A stretch of DNA of 47,012 nucleotides from Octopus bimaculoides (taxonomy: Eukaryota), in contig NC_068986.1 in the NCBI RefSeq assembly GCF_001194135.2, forward strand, positions 101,560,051 to 101,607,062, given 5' to 3'. The notes under the pieces were generated by a model, which was not told where the DNA came from, made no database searches, and saw only the letters and a program-made list of their open reading frames with translations. This document shows, one piece after another, positions 23,180 to 35,594 of the stretch; position 1 is the first letter of the stretch, and the number at the start of each line of letters is the position of its first letter. A program made the position numbers and the translations under genes.

Positions 23180-23940
23180 GTCTTTGATGGCTACTACACA
23201 ATATAGTGGAGTCAGTTGGACACCGACTGGGACAAACACAGCACCGTGACAAGGTTAACTCTCCCAGAAATTTGGAAATGACATGCTGTACTGCTTGACA
23301 TTAGCGCTGGAAGCTCCAATACGAACATTTACCAATACAAACATGTACCAAGAGTGATAAAAATCAAACATTTAGTCAACATCATGGTATTTAGAGTGAT
23401 CGGTATACCTCCATTCATCCTCCCACGTGGCCCCAAACTCAACACAAGTCTTAATCAAGTGCCTAGAGGAGGCAGTGCTGCCCTGTATCAAGTGAGTGGT
23501 TGCCGAAAGCTCTATATCTGAAAACAGATCTCTGCACCATTACCACACAAGCAGGAGAATCCAGTCATGGCTCTCAGAAAATTTATGCGGCCACAACACC
23601 CCTAACATCTAGTCACCCAACTCCCCAGACTGCAACCCCCTTCAATATTGTGCGGGTCGCTGTTGAGCGAGAGACCAGTAAATCTCCTTGTAACACCAAA
23701 GATAAACTGAAAGCAAGGATTATGACCACATTCAACAAAGACAAGGCAGAGTTGCAGGAGATTTCGAAGTGCTTTGGAGGCCGTGGATGAAACCAATGGC
23801 GATTTTATTGAATACATTTATTCTTTAATATTTCAAGAGATGTTTTATCTAGTTTTGGTAAATATATCTGTTAAAATGAAATGCATGTATTATTTTTCAT
23901 TTTTGTGTAATTTAGACGACAGTTTATCCGCCGCAATGTA
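23180..23940 (+). mobile_element. Tc1/mariner (maT, DD37D-like) transposon, internally deleted
   Basis: LPEIWK*HAVLLDISAGSSNTNI is joined to VPRVIKIKHLVNIMVF..PPFILPRG, then HTSRRIQSWLSENLCGHNTPNI*SPNSPDCNPL, AVERETSKSPCNTKDKLKARIM and CRRFRSALEAVDETNGDFIE. A terminus-like AATTTAGACGACAGTTTATCCGCCGCAATG is followed by TA at 23939. Confidence 0.92.
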
Positions 23941-24014
23941 TATATATCGTGTTTATTAAACTAATTATCTGTCACCAGTACATTATGTTGCTCTTACCTT
24001 CACAGAACAGTATA

Positions 24015-24062
<48 letters not shown>

Positions 24063-24081
24063 ATCATTTACTTATTTGACA

Positions 24082-24139
<58 letters not shown>

Positions 24140-24140
24140 A
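24015..24140. repeat. Two (TA)(TG)n microsatellites
   Basis: Directly visible. Confidence 0.95.
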
Positions 24141-25252
24141 TGTGCATACATAAAAATTGGACACAATTGAGAAAAATCAGAGAATTTTTACAGATAACAC
24201 ATTCCTCTCACATAAAATTAATGCGGCAGTATACATATACCCAGTCTATATTAGCGAATGTTTGGTTTGCTCAATTGGACTTAATTTCATTCATATATTC
24301 AAACTTCTCGAAATCCTTTTACAACAGATGTTTTATTTTACATCATCCTCTTTCAACAAAGAATATACATAGTGGAATAATTTCACTAATGAGGTTATAA
24401 TGCTGCTAGTCATTTCACTGTACGTTTTAGTTGGGGTGTCCATACTTAGCACATTTCGCGCAACTGACATTAAATTCAAGCGTTGTCTATCATGATGATG
24501 AGAACGAGATGGCATCTTATATCATGGGGGGTCGTGATGATGAGTGGTGGGAATAGAACGTTTATTACGTTACAGTTTATTGGTTGTAGTTCGAGTGTAA
24601 TGATGGTGACAGTGGTTGCTGCATCAGCATTTGTTTTAAATGTGGATTCTGCGTCATCATCGCTATTGCAACTGATTTAGTTCTGATATACATTAATTTG
24701 TTCATTATGGTTGTCGTTCAATTCACAACTAGTATTTTGGTTATAGTGATAACATTGAGAAATTTACTTGAAAATCTGGAAGACAATAAATGCTGTTAGT
24801 ACTGGTATTACTGGAATAGAAAAATGCCGTATATTTTCTAACTTCAGTTATTTTTGACTTTTCCGTTTTCGAATCCCGCTTAGACGTTGTTATATCAATT
24901 CAAAACACTAATTTTGTAACAGCTTATTACAAGTCCATATATGCCGAAATGAATAGACTTGCCATTTGTCGGTTAATTATTTTAATGTTTCACGAAAATA
25001 AGAAATTTAATGTTTATTCCGATAATCAATTATCTTAAATATATTTTTAATGTTATTCACATATGAACTTACAGCAAATAATTATGTTAATTGCCGAAGA
25101 AAATAATTAAAAAAAAACTATTATCGTCTTCATAACTTTGTAAATTCAACTAACGACAGTTTTGTGTTCATTTTGGACGATTTAAATCCTTTTCGATACA
25201 AGAACTCAAAAGTGACGTCTTCTAATTTTTGTATCCAAAGGGATTTTTCTAG

Positions 25253-25300
<48 letters not shown>

Positions 25301-25668
25301 ATTCTTAATAGTTTTATGTGCTTCGAGGTTCACTACATCAGTATTTCACCTTCTTTCTCGAAAGTTTATAAACACTTATAACGTAAGAAATACATCTGTA
25401 TACATTCACAATCACCTATGTATATGTACGACAGATAATGGGACGCATGCGATTATCAGCCGGTACGTAAGAAATATAATTTCCTTGTTTACAGAAATTA
25501 TATTTGTTGTCGCTAAATTGCGTTTCAATTTGTATACTTAATTACATGTGGATAAAAAAGTGAATATAATTTTACATCAGTACCGGCTGAAGATAACTGC
25601 CTGTCTATATGTGAAAATCATAAATAATCATATTTCGTATGTATATTTGTTGTTTTTTTTTTAAATAT

Positions 25669-25793
25669 AAATAATCCTTTCTCCTAAAGGCACAAGTCCT
25701 GAAAATTTTGGAAATGGTAAAGTCGATTACATCAACGACAGTGAATTACTGGTACTTCGTTCATCGTCCCGAAATGATGGAAGCAAAGTCAAC
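25669..25793 (-). mobile_element. SINE family A, 3' part
   Basis: AATCCTTTCTCCTAAAGGCACAAG..AGTCGATTACATC..ACTGGTACTT..GCAAAGTCAAC. Confidence 0.8.
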
Positions 25794-26164
25794 AACTAAG
25801 CGGGATAAATTTTAACATAGCTGCATGGTCACGAAAATGGTGCCGATTCCAGAGGAATGAAAAGCCTATATTACCTGAATAGATTTTGATAAGACGCGTA
25901 AAGTTATGTAATCAAAGAACACACTTTGTTTTATCTAACAAAATATCTTCCGCTCACTGCACTCCAACTCCGAAATCTTAGAAAATAAAAAGGTAATATG
26001 TAACACTGGGCGACACTTGCACTTAATATGTTTGTGAATCAAACAATGCTGTAAACCATTTAAAACTTACTCATTTTCTGCTCTAGTAATAATAATCCAT
26101 TCTACTATAGGCACTAGGCCTAAAAATTAGAATGATGAAATCAGACTAATACATAACAAAAACA

Positions 26165-26272
26165 CCAAGCATGTGCCTAGCGTGCCCTTATTAGACGGGT
26201 AGTCATGTTGTGTATACTGGGCTTTGTATATTTGCCCCAGTATCACTTTGATGGCATGCACTGATCTCTCGA
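26165..26272 (-). mobile_element. Family B terminal fragment
   Basis: ATTAGACGGGTAGTCATG..TATACTGGGCTTTGTATATTTGCCCCAG matches ~27765-27850; followed by (AAT)n. Confidence 0.85.
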
Positions 26273-26301
26273 CAACAACATCAATAATGATAATAATAAA
26301 G

Positions 26302-26354
<53 letters not shown>

Positions 26355-26357
<3 letters not shown>

Positions 26358-26571
26358 AATCTCTACTGTAGGCACAAAGCTCTAAATTTGGGGTGAGGGG
26401 AACTAGTTTATCACTGCAAAGCCACTTTTCTACTGGTACTTAATTTATCGACCCCAAAGGGAAAAAGGTGAAGTCAGCCTTGGCAACATTTCAAAATCTG
26501 AATGTAGCGCCGGGCGAAATACCGCTAAGTATTTCACCCGGCGTGCTAACGATTCTGCCAGCTCACCCACT
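26355..26571 (-). mobile_element. SINE family A, full length
   Basis: ACTGGTACTTAATTTATCGACCCC..GAAATACCGCTAAG..CCGGCGTGCTAACGATTCTGCCAGCTC. Confidence 0.92.
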
Positions 26572-26589
26572 TAATAAAAGTAACTCTAT

Positions 26590-27100
26590 AATTTCGTTAC
26601 AGAGCAAATAATTTTAATGGAGGGGATAGTCGATTTCATAGACAGCAGTCTACAACACTTGCATGTTATATCGGCTACAAAAGGATGAAATGCGTAGCGG
26701 AATTTCTTCCGGCTGGTAAACGATTGTGCCAGGTCACTTTCTGCTAATTTTGGCACAAAATCAGTAATTTTTGAAGAGAAACTAAGCCGATTACCCCGTC
26801 CTCGGTTTGTTACTGGGGCTTATGTAATTGGCCACGGAAGCATGAAAGATAAATTCTATTTCAGCAGAACATGAACTCAGAATGTTAAGAATAATAACAA
26901 TGATATTTTCTAATGTAGGCTCAAGGTCTGAGGTTGTGAGGTGGGGCATCGACTCCAGGACTCAGCAGGAATTTATTTTATCGATCCGGAATATATAAAA
27001 GGTAGCGTCAATCTCGGCAGAATCTGAAATCAGAAACTAAAGCCGGAATATACGCCGATAAGCATTTAGTTAAGTGTGCTAAACTTTTTTGCCAGCTGCC
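26590..27100 (-). mobile_element. Three degraded tandem SINE family A copies (~26590-26745, 26745-26890, 26895-27100)
   Basis: Each repeats the tail-core-head order (AGTCGATT / GGCACAA / AACTCAGAA / TGCCAGCT). Confidence 0.7.
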
Positions 27101-27104
27101 AATT

Positions 27105-27335
27105 TTATAATAATAATTTTTACTACCGTAGGTACAAGGCTCCAAAATTTTGAGGGATAAGACTGGTCGATGACATCGACCATAGTGTTTCACTGGTGGT
27201 TAATTTATTGAGCCCGAAAATAATGAAAAGGAAAGTCGACCTCGGTGGAACGTGAAATCAGAACGTAAACACGGGTGATATACCTCGAAGCATTTTGCCC
27301 GGCGTGCTAACAATTCTGTTAGCTCACCACCTTGA
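27105..27335 (-). mobile_element. SINE family A, full length
   Basis: AAAGTCGACCTCGGTGGAA..CAGAACGTAAAC..GCATTTTGCCCGGCGTGCTAAC. Confidence 0.92.
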
Positions 27336-27367
27336 ATAATAATAATATTAAAAATAATAATATGATG

Positions 27368-27852
27368 TGGTACCAAGCAGTGGCCCTCATGGCTACTGAT
27401 CTTAACTGATTGGAAGTGTTATCATGTACATTGTTTTGTCTTGGTATAAAAGATGGGCTACAGAAAATATTCTGCTCAATACCACAAATTAGCTTGTCAG
27501 TTGTTTGACCTTAACCAGTTTAGCATGTCCTTTAGTGGATGACGATATGTGCATCTCTGATCCGAAGCAGAAGCAGTGGGGGTCATCATAGGCATGTGTT
27601 GAGAGACATTCTTTGGAAGCATGGGCTTTTTGTTTATCATCGTTAAACAACCTTTTGAGTGGGATGGCTACTCTACCTAGAGAAAATTCTGAGTGGCGTT
27701 TGTCTTGATATGAGATAACTATGTCTCGCACATATGATTGCGATGCAAGTGCATAGTGTAACCCTATCAGGCGGGTAGTCAAGATGGCTATACTGGGCTT
27801 CGTATATTTTACCCCAATGTCACGTTTATTGCATGCAGTGATCTCTTTCTCA
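27368..27852 (-). mobile_element. Family B element, longest copy (~485 bp), flanked by (AAT)-rich tracts on both sides
   Basis: Homologous to 5108-5430 and 26165-26272; no convincing ORF and no recognisable pol III boxes. Confidence 0.85.
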
Positions 27853-27876
27853 ATAATAATAATAATAATAACAATC

Positions 27877-27914
<38 letters not shown>

Positions 27915-27921
<7 letters not shown>

Positions 27922-28125
27922 CCTTTCTATAAAAGCTCAAGGACCGGAATTTTGGAGGAGGGCTTAAGTAGAGTACATCGATACCTGTTTTTTAAATGGT
28001 ACTTAATTTATCGAACACGAGAGGATTAAATGCAACGTCAAACTCGGCAAAATTTAAACTCAGAACATGCAGACGGGCGAAATACTGCTAAGAATTTTGC
28101 CCGGGGTGCAACTCGCTGTCTTAAA
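27915..28125 (-). mobile_element. SINE family A
   Basis: AATCCTTTCTAT..GGTACTTAATTTATCG..AAACTCAGAAC..GACGGGCGAAATACTGCTAAG. Confidence 0.88.
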
Positions 28126-28184
28126 TAACAACAATAATGATAATTATTATTATTATTGTTGTTGTTGTTATTATTACTATAATT

Positions 28185-28405
28185 ATTATGTCAAATCTTT
28201 GCCCGAAGGGTAGCTTGCAGGAGGTGGAGATGTGTCGATTACATCGACCGCAGTGTTTCAACTGGTACTTATTTTGTCGATCCCAGAATAATGAAAGGCA
28301 TAGTCAACTTCGGGGATATTTGAACTCAGAACGTGGCGACGGGGTCGAAATATGGCTAAGCATTTCGTCCAGCGTGCTAAAGATATCTGACAGCTCGTTC
28401 CCTTT
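28185..28405 (-). mobile_element. SINE family A
   Basis: GTCGATTACATCGACC..ACTGGTACTTATTTTGTCGATCC..TGAACTCAGAACG..GCTAAGCATTTCGTCCAGCGTGCTAA. Confidence 0.9.
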
Positions 28406-28849
28406 ATAATAAAAATTGAAAAACAAATAATAATAGGAAGATAATTTTGTATTCTGACAAAATATTTGTCCTCCTTTTCAACGTAAATAAGCAATCGTAT
28501 AAAAACAAAAGCACTCAAAATCAGAATAGAATTTTTGCGATGATATTTACAGAGGCGATATTGCTTTGTTGCCAGTATTTGCAATGGTTAATGCTGCTAG
28601 TGGTTATATATTTGCGGTTTAACATTAGATAATAAATACAGACATCTTGTCTATGTAGTATTTTACAGGATGCTGTGAAAATAATGGCTACTAAAAGCCA
28701 CTGTAAATGAAAATTGCAAGTTCCGTTTGACTGAACAATATTTATTGCTCACTTTCTCAACCAACCGTGATGCACTGAGGTCTGTGGTGCAAATATGACC
28801 GACTGACTGATCGCATCAACAGCATCATCATCCCGATTACTGTCTAAAA

Positions 28850-29480
28850 AGCATCGCCAACAAAATATTAAAGACTAAAAATAACAATAGCAAGATTCTT
28901 ACAAACACATCAACGAACATACAAAATCATCAATTACATGGCTATCATCATCAGCATCATTAACATTAGTTCAACATCACCGTCACTTCTAATGCAATGA
29001 TCAATAGAGCCACCACCTAAGCATAATAGCAATGCTTTTATGATCGACGCCTCGAGCATCAATCATCACAAGTATTAACGAAATAATTTTCGTAAGCAAA
29101 CTCCACCATCTTCTCTTCATCATGGCTATAATCAAAAACATCAGGAGAAACATCATTGTCTTTATCATCAACATTACAAAATTTATTATTATGATCACGA
29201 TCGGGATGATGAACTGTGGCGTTATTGTTCTATTCAAAGCCGTCCTTGCTGCAACCACCATAACGATCTTTGGCCCGACTGATACTTCCATAACTGTCGT
29301 TATTTATATCATTATTTATCATCATTTATATAAACCACACTTTATATCATTATCAACATACATAATTATCAGCAAATATCCTCCTCATTATCATTGTATC
29401 TGGTTCTAAGAATGAGGATATTAGCCATCATAATCAAAAGGATAAGTACCATCGAAACTAACATCTCCATCATTATGTCC
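28850..29480. repeat. Degenerate (CAT/AAT)n low-complexity tract
   Basis: Dense ATC/CAT triplets; explains the Ile/Met-rich pseudo-ORFs. Confidence 0.75.
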
Positions 29481-29872
29481 TGATAGTCTTTGTCTACCCT
29501 GTATACAATAAAGCGCATCGATGATTATCATCATCGTATTTTATTCAGAGCTGACATTACTAATACTCTACATGATATATATAAGAACACGTTGGAATCC
29601 ACTATCATTGCAAAATCTAAACAGCTCACATCCTGCTGGCGTCCAATTATAGAGCCACTAAGTGGTCTATTCACCTACGAGAAACAACAGTCACAACATT
29701 ATAAAATCCCACCCACCTTAACTGTAATGTTTTTCATTCCATAAATTTCACATAGAAATGTTTGGATAAAATATGATCACGAACCGATGGCTTTTGATCT
29801 TACGACTAACTTGAGGTTAAATAGTGACAACAACAATAATTCCTACTGCCATCACAGTTCATCACCCATATC

Positions 29873-30065
29873 GTGGAAGTGTGGTTGAATAGTCTTTTTT
29901 CTCAACCATGTGTTTTCGTGTTCAATCTCACTTCATAAAATCATGTGCAAGTCCTTACTGCTATAGCCCCCGGGCCAACCAAAAGTCTTCTGACTACATT
30001 TGGTATAGCGGAACTTAAAAAGACCAGACGTGCGTGTGCGTGTGGGTGTGTGTGTGTGTGTGTGC
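29873..30065 (+). mobile_element. Degraded SINE family C, 5' half, plus (TG)n
   Basis: GTGTGGTTGAATAG..CAACCATG..TGCAAGTCC..CTATAGCCCCCGGGCCAACCAAAAG..TTTGGTA. Confidence 0.75.
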
Positions 30066-31878
30066 GTGCGTGTGTTGTGCAGGTCAGTGTGTGTCCGTGA
30101 TATGGTCGTCTTGTTCGAAATTAAGCGATTATTGTATTATAAGTGAATATTCGTTTCCAATGTTCCGCGAAAACATGCTTAAAGATAGAAATATATTATC
30201 TTGCTTTACATTTCTATACATAGAACGGAAAGTAGCTGGTATCTCATCGATCGTTTACGTTTGAAAAGACTAAAATAAATGTATATAAATGTCTTAATAA
30301 ATATTAAAGCGCAGCCGTCTTTGCCTAGGCATAATAGACGTGCTTATTATCCACAACATCAAAATATACTTTCATGTAAAACAGACGACGAATGAATTTC
30401 ATATTATTCACGAGAACACACGAATGTCAAATTTTGGAAGTGATTGTGAAATATATGTGTTTTGGAAAGGATATTCGTAGACTTGGGGTAATTCTACGTT
30501 AACCTATTTAGAGAATTTAGAAAATTACTCAATAACCTAAGATGAAGGCTAGCATATACAAAATAGCATGTATAAACACGAACATGTACATACATGACAA
30601 ACAAAAAACTGATATGCTATGAAGTCTGATTTTCAAAACGTTAAAAATGTGGCCAGTGGAATCGAGTAGATTAAAATAATCCAAACTTTTTCTTGAGCAC
30701 TGAAACGTAAAATAGAGAATTTACACCACAGAATTCGAACTCGTAAGTAAAATCTACCAAAGTTTTCTACTGTAAATCACAGCGTATCAATTTTTGATAA
30801 GAACAAAAATAAGAATGATAACGTGTGCATAATCAAGAAGTATAAAGTATACCTAGGAATATATATATATATACTATAATTCATGGAAATATATATCTAA
30901 GTTGTTTACCACCCCCATATCCTCATCTAAGCAGCTCTCTATCATTCATTCATTCTATGAAAGAGCTCAATCAAATATTCATCTGAAAAAATGTGGAAAA
31001 AAATCTTCCTATATTTCCTATATTGTCTACACAAACTTTTGATTTCCTCTATATGGAATATCGCTGCCACTGCAATTACTTTTATAACTACTGAAATATG
31101 ACATAAAGGCATGGTCAATTTATGAGGTTACGCATTATGTATCTATGTGTATGAACTTATATGCAAGTACGTTTGTGCATTCACAAATCTAACAGAAACA
31201 CACACACAGAAAGAGATACATATATACACATATGCACCTATCACTGTACACACACACGTACATATATATGTATAATATCATTGTGTGAATATGTATGTAC
31301 GAACAATTTAAACACGTAATGAGTAGCTTTTAAGAGGGCTAGGCTTCCATTATAGAAATGAATAAATATAAAGAGGAAAGAAGACTTAAGAAATAGCGAA
31401 AAGCAAAAATGTTAGAGTCACACAGAAAAATAAAATTGGCATTTTTTTTTCCTGAATTGAATATGAAAATAAGTGGAGCTAATTTTCTCATAACACAGAC
31501 GTTTCTTCGGGATATAAAAAATGATGCAAAGATAAAAGTGATATCCATAACATAATATATTATATTACTACGACTAATAATACGGACGTGTACGATGATG
31601 ATATTGATTATCAAGTTAATGATGGTAACTTGATGAGCTTTAGTAACTTGGGCTAAACTGCAAATTTGATGCAATAGACATTATTGTGCACGAAGAAAAG
31701 ATGGTTTTTGTGTCATTACGATTAATTGTAATTTAGTGTCAGTTTAAAAATTATAACTAGAGGTCTGCTTTGAGAAGCTATGAAGAGTTTTACACTCATC
31801 ACGGAGTTGGGAATAGAGAAAAATTGAATGCCCGCATATGTGCATGTATTTGTGTATGTAAGTATGTACATACATACA

Positions 31879-31934
<56 letters not shown>

Positions 31935-31935
<1 letters not shown>

Positions 31936-32091
31936 GACGGGTGTCTTTCAGTTCCCGTCTACCAAATCCACTCACAAGGCTTTGGTCGGCCCGAGGCTAT
32001 AGTAGAAGACACTTGCCCAAGGTGCCACGCAGTGGGATTGAACCCATGTGGTTGGTAAGCAAACTACTTACCACACAGCTACTCCTATGCC
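31935..32091 (-). mobile_element. SINE family C, 5' half, embedded in (TA)n on both sides
   Basis: GGCTTTGGTCGGCCCGAGGCTATAGTAGAAGACACTTGCCCAAGGTGCCACGCAG..CTTACCACACAGCTACTCCT. Confidence 0.93.
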
Positions 32092-32108
32092 TATATATAC
32101 ATACATAT

Positions 32109-32168
<60 letters not shown>

Positions 32169-32189
32169 AGCACCACACACAATCCTTTA

Positions 32190-32480
32190 CTGTATTATTC
32201 ATGGTGTGTGCTCGGAAGTCAAATCCGATCATTGTTAAATCTGCATTTCACTCTAGTCACTATGGATCGCGATGTGATGTGATTCTCATCTATGTAGAAG
32301 TGCAACACATGACCATGGGCATGATTTTTTGTAGACAACATTTTCCTGCACAAAATGTACGATCTTTTTCTTCGTCCGTAGTAATTTATCGGGGTCGCGA
32401 ATTAGCAAATCTTCAATGTTATTGAATAGAACATTTTGCAGCATTTCTTTTGGCTCTCTAGCAACTGATTTCAAGTAATT
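32190..32480 (-). pseudogene. Possible Tc1/mariner transposase N-terminal relic
   Basis: Minus-strand peptides KSVAREPK..VLFNNIEDL (HTH-like RxIARELK..I.EDL), RKRSYILCRKML, VLHFYIDE (first-D motif) and NNDRI*, in the expected order. Confidence 0.45.
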
Positions 32481-32537
32481 TTGAAGTTACCTTTGTTTTC
32501 TATCGTAGTCATCAGGCGAGTCATAGAGCCAGAGCCA

Positions 32538-32539
<2 letters not shown>

Positions 32540-32582
<43 letters not shown>
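32540..32582. repeat. (CT)n microsatellite
   Basis: Directly visible. Confidence 0.97.
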
Positions 32583-32587
<5 letters not shown>

Positions 32588-32898
32588 TTGTGGGGAATCA
32601 ATGTATGATTAAAGCCAATTCTATTAATAATTCTACTCATATACCCAGATACTCATACATGTATGTATGTATCTATGTATTAAAGCTGAAATTAGATATG
32701 AACTATGTTATCCATTATTGAACACAATTCAAGAATGGGGCAAGCATGAGAATATGTAGCATAACTATCGAAATTTCCGACAGAAGTAAATAGGCACCCA
32801 TAACAGATTGTTTTATATCTAATCTAACTTGTACAGATTTATATTTTGTCATTAATTGACATTGTTAAGTTTCGTGTTCTACATGTATCTGCTTAATC

Positions 32899-33630
32899 AT
32901 GTACAAAATAGAATCCATAAAACTGTCTCAATTTCAAAGAGGCCGCATTGTGGGTTATTCTAAAAGTGGACATAGCTTAAAATCGCAGAAAGCCTTGGGA
33001 TCCTCCTATCTACAGTTAATATAGTGACTGTGCAATTTAACAGAGAAGGAAAGGGGTCCACATCACCTCGCTCAGATGAAGCAGGGCCCTCTGACTGTTG
33101 TACCCTTCTCTTTGCTAAGTGTTGTAGTGGATAATACTCGTGCCAAGGCCTCTTACGACCAAACAAGTTGATGTCAGTCCTATAACAGCTGGCATGTATC
33201 TCCACAAACTTGGTTACTATGGTACAGCAGCAAGAAGGAAGCCACTTCTTCGACGAGCCAACAATAAAACACGGCAGCTATTCTGTGATGGTCTGGGGAG
33301 TAATTTTGAGTAATGGTTGATCAGTGTTGATGGAGTTTGAGGGAAACAGAAACTCAGATAGATATGGGTTTTTTTATTGAAGAAAGCAGTCCTTTCAATC
33401 TTCTTCATTTGTAAAACGTTTCGTGAACATTCTAATGGAGCTCCTAGTCACACGATTACAATTACCCAAGATTTTTGGGATGAGAATGACATTAAAAAAC
33501 GTCCATGGCCAAGCCAGTCAGCAGACGTGAAACCAACCGAACAACTCTGGGATAGGTAAATTCTATTCATAAAACTGTCCAGAAGGCTGTGGGTTTCGTG
33601 AATGCGAAATATTTGGCAACTCTATGACCA
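32899..33630 (+). pseudogene. Tc1 transposase pseudogene (internally deleted)
   Basis: ATG at 32899: MYKIESIKLSQFQRGRIVGYSKSGHSL..LSTVN..FNREGK, LHKLGYYGTAARRKPLL, deletion, PTIKHGSYSVMVWG, NGAPSHT..WPSQSADVKPTEQLWD. Confidence 0.92.
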
Positions 33631-34629
33631 TAATGTAATTCTTTGTTATATATATATATATATATATATANNNNNNNNNNTATATATTCATGTATTACTA
33701 AGTATAACTGACCCAAGTTCATATTGTCAATATCATGCCTAAAAGTATGCATGTTCAATATAATATAAATTTAACGACTCCAATACCATGATAAAAAATC
33801 AAGAAATACGCTTAGTGTTATTTACGTTTATATGTAGAGAAATGCATGCTGTACGAACTAGTCACATGTATTGCAGAACCGCAAATCTTTAATTTGAATA
33901 TCTGATTTGCTTACGTATTGGAATTTTATATTTATTTATATCGATAAGAACGTCTGTATGCAAGAATTCCCAATAGCCCATCGCTAAATCTGGAAATGAT
34001 ATGATATATTTCTCCAAGAGACCACATAACATTTTTTTTCTTTTTATGTAGACTAACATCTGTTTGGTATGGCCCGAATGATTTTATACTTGAAAATATT
34101 GATATCCTGTAACTACTCGCTGTATATGGGTAACGTAGCCCGTGTCTGCCTATACACATATATAGTGGACTTCTTTGCTTCAATCAAGTTTCCATCAACC
34201 ACATGCAGCATTTATGTCAGTATTGTTTGCAAAATTAACTATATTTAGTAATTGTTTTAGAAAAATATGCTTTCGGGGTCCATAGTTTGAAAGTTAGTTA
34301 TATGGAGAAGAATTATTTTCTGTCTTCATACTAGGAAAAATATCTAATGTTTAGAATGGTTTTCTGTTAACAATGTTTCTGATTTTGTTGCACATATCTA
34401 GTGAAAAAAGGTATGAGTTTTGCAGCATTTCATACTAAGTATATAGTGCTGTAGAAAAGGAAACTTCTCTTATACAAGACAACAAACGAGAATTGATTTC
34501 TGATAATTGCCATTTCACTTCACTTAGTTCCATAACGCACTCGTATTTTCACACACACACGCAACACAAACATTCAATGCTATAAGATATCTTATCCAGT
34601 CTTTGTTATTGATGTTACTGTTGTTATTA

Positions 34630-34760
34630 TTATAAGGTCATACTGACCAGATCTGCTGTAATAACCAAAGTGCATGAAAATATTCGGTCAGGTCGTTGTA
34701 ATCTTTGTCTAAATTTGATGGCTAACATATTCAAATGTATCATACAAGTACACATTACTG
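34630..34760 (+). mobile_element. Possible Penelope GIY-YIG C-terminal remnant
   Basis: YKVILTRS..SGRCNLCL resembles the W.IL..A.PY..G..RCNLCL motif; short and weak. Confidence 0.3.
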
Positions 34761-35306
34761 ACGTATAATTGATTTTGTATGAATTGTGATATCGTGAAGT
34801 TTTACGGTTGGATTCACTTCTTAGTGCCACTTAAAAGCCAATGCCAATGTATTATAAACTATAATACTTTTAGCTGCCTGGAAGAACATCAGTAGAATAT
34901 AAGGTTCAATAGACAGGGCAGAACAAATGAAATCTCTTATATGCATGTTGGAAATTGTTACTAAGTCTATTTAGTAATCATAAATAATCGGTATTATTAT
35001 CTATTAATATATACAATGAAAGTTCGACATACTCGTGACCTTTCTGTGTTTGATAACATAATTGCCCGTTGGATTCAGTATGTAATCACATATATAATTA
35101 TTTAAATGGTAGACTTATCCACCACCGGTTGTAACAAATCCAGATACCTTTAGTGGAGTCTAATGTGTTGCAAGCATTTTGGTAAGTTTTCCAGTTTGGA
35201 GATATGCGCCTTCTTTCCTACCATCTGTCAAGAAAGTCCTCTAAAGGACATGGACATTTCCTTTCCACGTAACTTATAGTTGAATAATCAAATTCTCTTC
35301 TCTAAT

Positions 35307-35343
<37 letters not shown>

Positions 35344-35594
35344 GCGTGCGTGCGTGCGTGCGTGTTTCTGTGTCTGTGTTTGTATATCTGTGCGTGCCAT
35401 TTTTTACTGATAGAATATCCCTTAATATTCCTGATGATTTCAGGATACACATTGTTTTAAATTTGTTCATCACATGACATAATTTCATGTTTATGGAACT
35501 AACGGCGTACAAACCTAATGAAAGGGTAGCAAAAATTAAGACTAATATGATCAATGTGTGAAACGTATGATTTTTCTGCTGTTTTGTATGGTCA

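Noticed and set aside
26355-28405. Regularly spaced repeats superficially like a CRISPR array
   Set aside because: Units are ~200-bp diverged SINEs with microsatellite spacers in eukaryotic DNA; there are no cas genes.
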